Assembly (NCBI GenBank): GCA_030648205.1
Contig: JAUSIH010000046.1
Span: 67,147 to 131,146 of the forward strand
Direction: 5' to 3'
Origin: Dehalococcoidia bacterium
GTDB taxonomy: Bacteria; Chloroflexota; Dehalococcoidia; JAUSIH01
Length of the DNA: 64,000 nucleotides
Position 1 is the first letter of the stretch. The number at the start of each line of letters is the position of its first letter. The notes under the pieces were generated by a model. It ran no database searches. It saw only the letters and a list, made by a program, of their open reading frames with translations, and had not been told where the DNA came from. Below, one piece after another: positions 58,278 through 64,000 of the stretch. A program made the position numbers and the translations under genes.

Positions 58278-59192
58278 ATGCCGAACTATCGAGCGCTGGA
58301 CTACGAAGTCCGGCCACCTGTCGCAAGGATTACCTTCAACCGGCCGGAGAAACTCAACGCCTTCAACAACACTCTGTTCCGGGAGCTGGTGGACGCCGTC
58401 CACGAAGCCGAGAGGGACCGCCAGGTGCGGGTCATCCACCTGCGGGGCGCGGGGACGTCCTTTTCCGCGGGAGAGGACCTGGGCACTGAGGACACGGACC
58501 AGGTCATTCCGCCCAATCCTTCAACGAAGCCCTACCTGCGGGAGGTTTTCTCGCGGCAGCAGTGCCTCCGGCAGGGCTGGCAGCACCTGTACGACTGCTA
58601 CAAGCCCATCATCGCCGAGGTCCACGGGTACTGTCTGGGATGCGCCGCGGAGCTGGTGCTCTTGTGCCACACCTCGGTAGCGGCGGAGGACGCCGTCTTC
58701 GGCACGCCGGCCCTGCGCGCGGGGTGCACACCGCCCAGCCCTCTGTGGGTTTACCGGCTGGGGGTACGGAAGGCCCAGGACATGCTCTTCACCGGGCGCT
58801 ACATCACAGGCAAGGAGGCCCAGCGCCTCGGGCTGGCGACCCTGGTAGTCCCGCGGGCCAGTCTGGAGGAGCGGGCGTTGGAGGCGGTGGACTTTGTGGC
58901 CAATGAACAGGGGCTGGGCGGCCGGGACGGCACTATTCTGGGCATCGGCGGAATCCACCCCAACTTCAACGCGCCGATGGCGCGGCGCATCACGCTGGAC
59001 GCCAACGGGCTGGCGGCCGCCTGGGGCTTTTTCTCCAACATCTCCGCCCTTAGTTCCATCCAGCGCTATGGCTTCCGCAAGGACGAGATGCGTTTCTGGG
59101 ACGTACGGGATACCGAGGGCGTGCGCGCAGCCGTGCGGCGGCGCGACGAGCCTCTCCAGAGCTATTTTCCCTTCCCTCGCCCCGCGCCCTAG
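58278..59192 (+). CDS. Enoyl-CoA hydratase/isomerase family protein
   Basis: ITFNRPEKLNAFNN, GAGTSFSAGEDL; 304 aa. Confidence 0.8.
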   Translation: MPNYRALDYEVRPPVARITFNRPEKLNAFNNTLFRELVDAVHEAERDRQVRVIHLRGAGTSFSAGEDLGTEDTDQVIPPNPSTKPYLREVFSRQQCLRQGWQHLYDCYKPIIAEVHGYCLGCAAELVLLCHTSVAAEDAVFGTPALRAGCTPPSPLWVYRLGVRKAQDMLFTGRYITGKEAQRLGLATLVVPRASLEERALEAVDFVANEQGLGGRDGTILGIGGIHPNFNAPMARRITLDANGLAAAWGFFSNISALSSIQRYGFRKDEMRFWDVRDTEGVRAAVRRRDEPLQSYFPFPRPAP

Positions 59193-59234
59193 AGATTGCA
59201 GGACGGCTGAAAGAAGCGATTAGGAGAGGAAAAC

Positions 59235-60170
59235 ATGGCCATCATCGAGCGGTATAACTTCCATTTCCAGAAGGACAACACGGCCACCATCCCGCACGAA
59301 GGCCGGAAGCTGGTCCACGCTGCCTACGAAAAGAAAGGTCCCATCGTCCACCTGACGATCAGCATGCCGGAGAGGCGCAACCCGGTCAACATGGCCACCA
59401 TGTTGGACTTCATGGCGGGCCTGCACCGGGCGCGCGAGGACGACGAGGTGCGCGTGGTGGTGGTCAAAGGCGCGGGAACGGACTTCGGGGCGGGATTCGA
59501 CATCAGCTCGCCGGCGGGGGATGAGCTCGCTCCCATCCCGCCGCAGCTTAAACCCACGGTCCGAGACTACTTCAACGTGGAGCGACGCCGCTGCGTGAAG
59601 TTCGAGGACCTGATGTATTACCCCAAGTACACCATCGCCCAGGTCCAGGGCCGCTGCATCGGCGCCAGCGAGGCCCTCGCCGCCTCCTGCGACTTCACCG
59701 TCGCGGCGGAGGACGCTACCTTCGGGCGCACCGCCCACGGCCAGCTCGTGTGGGGCATTGAGCACTGGCCCATGTGGCCCCACCTTTCGGAGAAGGTGCG
59801 CATGAACCGGCTGGAGCTGGAGCTGTCCGCGAAAGAAGCAGCGGAACTGGGCTTTGTCAACAGGGCTGTGCCCGCCGGCCAACTGGACACCGAGGTGGAG
59901 CGCTGGGCGCAGGCCCTCTGCCAGGTCCCCCGAAAGGCGGCCCTCTTGGGCAAGGAGTGGTTCGGGTCCCTGATGGATATGGCAGGCCGCAGCAGCGCCT
60001 TCCGCGCCCACTATCTGGCCCATCTGGGGCTGCAGTGGGTCCGGTTCGATCCCGACGAGATCAACATGTACAAGGTCCGCAGGGATAAAGGGCTCCGCGG
60101 GTTCTTCCAGGAGCGGGAGCGGCACGCCCTGTCGCCGCTCAAGCATCGTGAGACCGAGGAGAAGGAGTAG
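59235..60170 (+). CDS. Divergent crotonase-fold protein (paralog of 29957-30886)
   Basis: RDYFNVERRRC and YKVRRDKGLRGFF shared with the 29957 product; GAGTDFGAGFDI oxyanion region. Confidence 0.7.
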   Translation: MAIIERYNFHFQKDNTATIPHEGRKLVHAAYEKKGPIVHLTISMPERRNPVNMATMLDFMAGLHRAREDDEVRVVVVKGAGTDFGAGFDISSPAGDELAPIPPQLKPTVRDYFNVERRRCVKFEDLMYYPKYTIAQVQGRCIGASEALAASCDFTVAAEDATFGRTAHGQLVWGIEHWPMWPHLSEKVRMNRLELELSAKEAAELGFVNRAVPAGQLDTEVERWAQALCQVPRKAALLGKEWFGSLMDMAGRSSAFRAHYLAHLGLQWVRFDPDEINMYKVRRDKGLRGFFQERERHALSPLKHRETEEKE

Positions 60171-60181
60171 GAGGTAACCCG

Positions 60182-61039
60182 GTGGACCAGCAAGTTTTTA
60201 CGACCCTTCTGTACGAGCGCCATGGCGATCTGGCCCTCGTCACTTTGAACCGTCCGGAAAGAGGCAACGTGTTTGACGACGCCCTTTTCCGGGACCTGGA
60301 GGAGGCTTTCCTGCTCGCGGAGCAGGACATAGACGCGAAGGTACTTCTGCTCCGCGCCCGAGGCGCCGACTTCTGCATTGGTGACGACCTGGCGGGCCAG
60401 GGCGCCAGCGAGGTCGCCCCCGCCGATCCGTCTTACGCCGCCCCTCTCTGGGAGCGGAGCGAGCGCGAGCGGCAACGGTTACGCAGGCTGGAAGGTTTCC
60501 TCAACTTCCCCCGGCCCGTGGTGGCGCAGGTGCAGGGCAGGTGTTTCGGGACGGGCCTGCACGTAACGACCTTCTGCGACGTGGTCATCGCCGCCGAAAA
60601 CGCCCTCTTCGGCGACCCCGGCATTTTCGCGGGTCTGACGCCCAGCAACCCCCTTGTTCCTCTCCTCGTGGGCGCCAAGAAAGCGCGAGAGCTTCTGCTG
60701 GCCGGGCGGCCCTTTACCGCCGCCGAAGCCGACCAGTGGGGCCTTGTCACCACAGTGGTTCCAGCGGACCGGCTGGAGGAGACGGCGATGCGCTATGCCC
60801 GGGCCATATGCCTGGCGCCCGGCGACGCCCTGGCCTGGATGAAGGAGGCGTTCATCTCGCTTCTTGAGGCCCGAGGCGGCGGCGCAGGCTGGCGTCACGG
60901 TGTGACCTCGTCCGTCCTGGCCGACGTAGCGAGTCCTCTCGCCCAGCCCGGCGAGTTCGACTTCTGGGCCGTGCGTGGGGAGCAGGGATTGGAGGAAGCG
61001 ATGCGGCAACTGCATGCCCGTACGGAGGCCCTGCGCTAG
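60182..61039 (+). CDS. Enoyl-CoA hydratase/isomerase family protein
   Basis: LVTLNRPERGNVFDD, GADFCIGDDL; GTG start after GGAGG. Confidence 0.75.
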   Translation: MDQQVFTTLLYERHGDLALVTLNRPERGNVFDDALFRDLEEAFLLAEQDIDAKVLLLRARGADFCIGDDLAGQGASEVAPADPSYAAPLWERSERERQRLRRLEGFLNFPRPVVAQVQGRCFGTGLHVTTFCDVVIAAENALFGDPGIFAGLTPSNPLVPLLVGAKKARELLLAGRPFTAAEADQWGLVTTVVPADRLEETAMRYARAICLAPGDALAWMKEAFISLLEARGGGAGWRHGVTSSVLADVASPLAQPGEFDFWAVRGEQGLEEAMRQLHARTEALR

Positions 61040-61093
61040 CCCATAACAGGCTGTCGAGCTACGTGGCCACCAGAAGGTGAGGGGAGCGGTCTG

Positions 61094-62050
61094 GTGCGAA
61101 CCTATCTCATGACCCGCCTGGTCTGGACGGTCCCCGTGCTTATCGGGGCCGTCACCGTCATCTTTGTCATCATGCAGATTCTGCCGGGGGACGTGGCCCT
61201 AGTTATCCAGGGGGGCGACGAAGGCAGCCGGCTCTCCGCAGAGGACATGGAACGCTTGCGGACGAAAATGGGGCTTGACCGCCCCATCCACGTCCGCTAT
61301 TTGGAGTGGTTAAGCGGTGTCGCGCGGTTGGACCTGGGGGTCTCCCTGTGGACTGGCCAGCCCGTGATTCGGGAGGTGGGACTTCGCTTTCCCGTGTCCC
61401 TGCAGTTGGTGATCATGTCGGTGCTCCTCAGTGCGCTCCTGGCTATTCCCATCGGCATTTTGAGCGCGCTGAAGCAGGACAGCTTCACAGACTATGCCCT
61501 GAGAAGCCTGCTTATTGGAGGCCTCTCCATTCCTAACTTCTGGCTGGGGATGCTCGTTATCCTCGGCCTCATGTCCGCCTTCCGATGGATGCCGCCCCTG
61601 GAGTATTCCACTATCTTCACCGATCCATGGACCTCTTTCCAGCAGTTTATTTTCCCTGCCCTTGTCTTGGGGTACCGGCAGACGGCGGTGAGCGCCCGCA
61701 TGACGCGGTCCGCCATGCTGGAGGTCCTACGCGCGGACTACGTGCGGACCGCCCGGTCCAAGGGCTTGCGTGAACAAATCGTCGTCTGGCGCCACGCCTT
61801 CGGCAACGCTATCCTGCCCGTGGTGACCATATTCGGCCTGGAAATGGCCGTCCTGTTCAGCGGGGCCGTGGTCATTGAGAAGGTGTTCACGCTCCCCGGT
61901 ATGGGCAGCTTCCTGGTGGACGCCATCGCACACCGCGATGTCCCTGTGGTGCAGGCCGTGGTGGGCCTTATCGTTCTGTTTGTCGTCGCAGCCAATCTTC
62001 TTGTGGACCTGGCCTACGGCTTTTTCGACCCGCGCATACGCTATCGTTAG
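61094..62050 (+). CDS. ABC transporter permease (DppB/OppB family)
   Basis: 318 aa; paralog of 22297 and 28040. GTG start (or ATG at 61109). Confidence 0.85.
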   Translation: MRTYLMTRLVWTVPVLIGAVTVIFVIMQILPGDVALVIQGGDEGSRLSAEDMERLRTKMGLDRPIHVRYLEWLSGVARLDLGVSLWTGQPVIREVGLRFPVSLQLVIMSVLLSALLAIPIGILSALKQDSFTDYALRSLLIGGLSIPNFWLGMLVILGLMSAFRWMPPLEYSTIFTDPWTSFQQFIFPALVLGYRQTAVSARMTRSAMLEVLRADYVRTARSKGLREQIVVWRHAFGNAILPVVTIFGLEMAVLFSGAVVIEKVFTLPGMGSFLVDAIAHRDVPVVQAVVGLIVLFVVAANLLVDLAYGFFDPRIRYR

Positions 62051-62060
62051 GGGGGCATCG

Positions 62061-62951
62061 GTGGAACAGGGCTTGGCGCTGCGCTCCGCGGGGGGCGCGC
62101 GCCTGGGAAGGCAGTTCCTCCAGATCGGGCGGACGCGGCCTATGCTGCTCATGTCCGGCGTCCTCCTGTTCCTTCTGACCACCTCCGCAGTCATGGCGCC
62201 GGTCCTCAGCCCGTGGGACCCTGTCGCCACCAATATCCCGCAGCGGCTATCTGCCCCCTCGGCGTCGCATCCTTTTGGCACCGATGAGCTGGGGCGGGAC
62301 ATCCTGAGCCGGGTCCTGCACGGGGGACGGGCCAGCCTCTACGTCGGGCTGGTCTCCGTGGCGCTGGGGACCACTATGGGCGCAGTTCTGGGCGCCATCA
62401 GCGCCTACTGCGGCGGCAAGGTGGACCTTTACCTCCAGCGCCTGATGGACGTCTTTCTGGCGTTTCCCGCCCTTGTCCTGGGGCTGGTCATCCTGACGGT
62501 CCTGGGGAGTCATATCAATAACGTGGCCCTGGCCGTGGCGCTGCCGTTTGTACCCCGGACCAATCGTGTCGTGCGTTCGTCCGTGCTCAGCATCAAAACG
62601 TTCCTGTACATCGAAGCGGCGCAGACAATGGGCTGTGACATGGCGCGAATCCTCAGGGTCCACATCCTTCCCAACGCCCTGGCCCCTTATCTGGTCATTG
62701 CCACGAGTCTGCTCGGTTCCGCCATCCTGGTCGAGTCGTCCCTGAGCTTCCTGGGTCTCGGCGTGCCTCCGCCTGCGTCGTCCTGGGGACGAGGCCTTTC
62801 AGAGGCGATGCCCTTCATGCGCGGGGCGCCCTGGGCGGCCATCTTCCCCGGCCTGTTCATCAGTCTGACGGTGTACGCCGTCAATATCCTGGGCGACATC
62901 CTGCGGGACACCCTTGACCCGCGCTTGCGCGGGAGGCAGTCAAGCCCATGA
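62061..62951 (+). CDS. ABC transporter permease (DppC/OppC family)
   Basis: PFGTDELGRDILSRVLHGGRASL and the EAA region. Start chosen as GTG 62061 after GGGGGG; the upstream part of the longer ORF overlaps the previous gene in another frame. Confidence 0.8.
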   Translation: MEQGLALRSAGGARLGRQFLQIGRTRPMLLMSGVLLFLLTTSAVMAPVLSPWDPVATNIPQRLSAPSASHPFGTDELGRDILSRVLHGGRASLYVGLVSVALGTTMGAVLGAISAYCGGKVDLYLQRLMDVFLAFPALVLGLVILTVLGSHINNVALAVALPFVPRTNRVVRSSVLSIKTFLYIEAAQTMGCDMARILRVHILPNALAPYLVIATSLLGSAILVESSLSFLGLGVPPPASSWGRGLSEAMPFMRGAPWAAIFPGLFISLTVYAVNILGDILRDTLDPRLRGRQSSP

Positions 62952-63048
62952 ATTCATCGACGCTCGGGGCAGGCTTTGTCGAACCATGGGGGCGGACCAA
63001 CCGACGGTTTTCGGGATAGGCGCTTAGGAAGAAGTTTAGGACAGGTAA

Positions 63049-63831
63049 ATGTCTTACACGATGGTCACCTTTGAACGGCGCGACCGGGTGGCGTGGCTCA
63101 CGCTCAATCGGCCTCAGGCCATGAACTCTCTGCATCCGGACATGGTGGAGGAGATGCACGCGGCCCTGGATCAGGTAGCTCTGGACCAGACGCTGCGGGC
63201 GCTGATCATCTCTGGCGGCGGCGGAAAGGCGTTTTGCGCGGGGGCGGACCTCAAATTCATTGAAGCGGCCCTCCACGACCTCCGGCCTTTCAAGGCCTAC
63301 GTGCGGCGTCTCAATGAGGCTCTCTTTCGGCTGGAGGCGCTGCCCATCCCGGTCATAGCCGTGGTGCGCGGCTTCGCCCTGGCGGGTGGCCTGGAGCTGC
63401 TTCTGGCCTGCGATTACACGCTGGCTGCCGAAACCGCCAAGATAGGCGATCAGCACCTGAACTTTGCGCTTCTGCCTGGCGCGGGGTCCAGCCAGCGGCT
63501 GCCCCGGCGCATTGGCCTGCAACGCGCCCTGTACCTCATCACGACGGGCGCGCGTCTCTCCGGCAAAGAGGCCCAGGAGTGGGGTATAGTTCTGCGGGCC
63601 GTGCCCGAAGAGAGCCTTGACGCCGAGGTGGAGCGCCTGCTCGACGCGCTGCGCACGAAAAGCCGCGACGCGCTGAGCGCCGTGAAGCGCGCTGTCCGCA
63701 ACGGCCTGGAAATGCCTCTGCGCCAGGGCGTGGACTACGAGGGCGAGGTGTTGCTGGCCCACATGGAAACGTCACAGGACGTGCGACGCGGGCTGCAGGC
63801 ATTCCTTGAAAAGCGCCCTGTTTCTTTCTGA
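63049..63831 (+). CDS. Enoyl-CoA hydratase
   Basis: VAWLTLNRPQAMNSL, GGGKAFCAGADL, and a C-terminal AFLEKRPVSF. Confidence 0.85.
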   Translation: MSYTMVTFERRDRVAWLTLNRPQAMNSLHPDMVEEMHAALDQVALDQTLRALIISGGGGKAFCAGADLKFIEAALHDLRPFKAYVRRLNEALFRLEALPIPVIAVVRGFALAGGLELLLACDYTLAAETAKIGDQHLNFALLPGAGSSQRLPRRIGLQRALYLITTGARLSGKEAQEWGIVLRAVPEESLDAEVERLLDALRTKSRDALSAVKRAVRNGLEMPLRQGVDYEGEVLLAHMETSQDVRRGLQAFLEKRPVSF

Positions 63832-63840
63832 ACAGAGGGG

Positions 63841-63999
63841 TTAAGATTTGGGGGAGTCCGGGGACTTCCCCGATTCCTCCCTGAGCTTGCGGTGGAATTC
63901 CGCTTCCTGCTTCCGGATGGCCCAGAAACGCGGCTTCCGCTTCTCCAGGAAGGCCATCGCCCCCTCCTTCCCCTCGGGCATGTCGAACCAGTCGGGGTA
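63841..63999 (-). CDS. 3' end (C-terminal 52 codons) of another crotonase-family gene continuing beyond the window
   Basis: Minus-strand frame translates to ...EGAMAFLEKRKPRFWAI... (typical crotonase C-terminus) and ends at TAA (63841-63843). Confidence 0.45.
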   Translation of the reverse strand, partial: YPDWFDMPEGKEGAMAFLEKRKPRFWAIRKQEAEFHRKLREESGKSPDSPKS

Positions 64000-64000
64000 C

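Overview
High-GC (about 65-70%) bacterial chromosomal segment. The gene content suggests a Chloroflexota-like monoderm (inference only): an 11-subunit nuo operon lacking nuoEFG, F420 biosynthesis and F420-dependent enzymes, and lipoprotein solute-binding proteins with long Pro/Ala/Thr-rich linkers. Clearly supported content: mutL and mutS (minus strand) separated by an inserted secreted TolB/PQQ beta-propeller protein and a small hypothetical; tRNA-Arg(CCG); a four-subunit 2-oxoacid:ferredoxin oxidoreductase operon (porGDAB-like); cofC, cofD, a PPOX-class F420 enzyme, F420H2:NADP oxidoreductase (fno) and cofE; a family-III CoA-transferase; three peptide/opine-type ABC importer gene sets (family-5 SBPs plus DppB/DppC-like permeases, no adjacent ATPases) and a lone OppD-like ATPase; selB; pyrE; a dienelactone hydrolase; ychF; holA-like; a PHP phosphoesterase; nuoABCDHIJK-(DUF2007-like small gene)-LM-(NUDIX)-N; and an acyl-CoA dehydrogenase / amidohydrolase / multi-crotonase catabolic cluster. 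Most notable finding: two tandem paralogous two-gene cassettes (17.7-21.3 kb). In each, a roughly 360-aa Cys-motif protein of unknown function is followed by a roughly 190-aa gene carrying a conserved in-frame TGA inside an identical A-U-G-S-C-T-S-G context, interpreted as UGSC-motif selenocysteine proteins. This is supported by selB about 11 kb downstream. Other notable points: the cassettes and selB lie inside a 17.7-kb segment bracketed by an inverted pair of a roughly 155-bp structured repeat (two GNRA-capped hairpins); a single 1.2-kb low-GC island gene with an HEPN-like Rx4H motif (possible defense gene); an in-frame TGA interrupting a DppB-like permease; and a helicase motif-I relic in a lower-GC intergenic stretch. 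No CRISPR array, transposase or integrase was seen.
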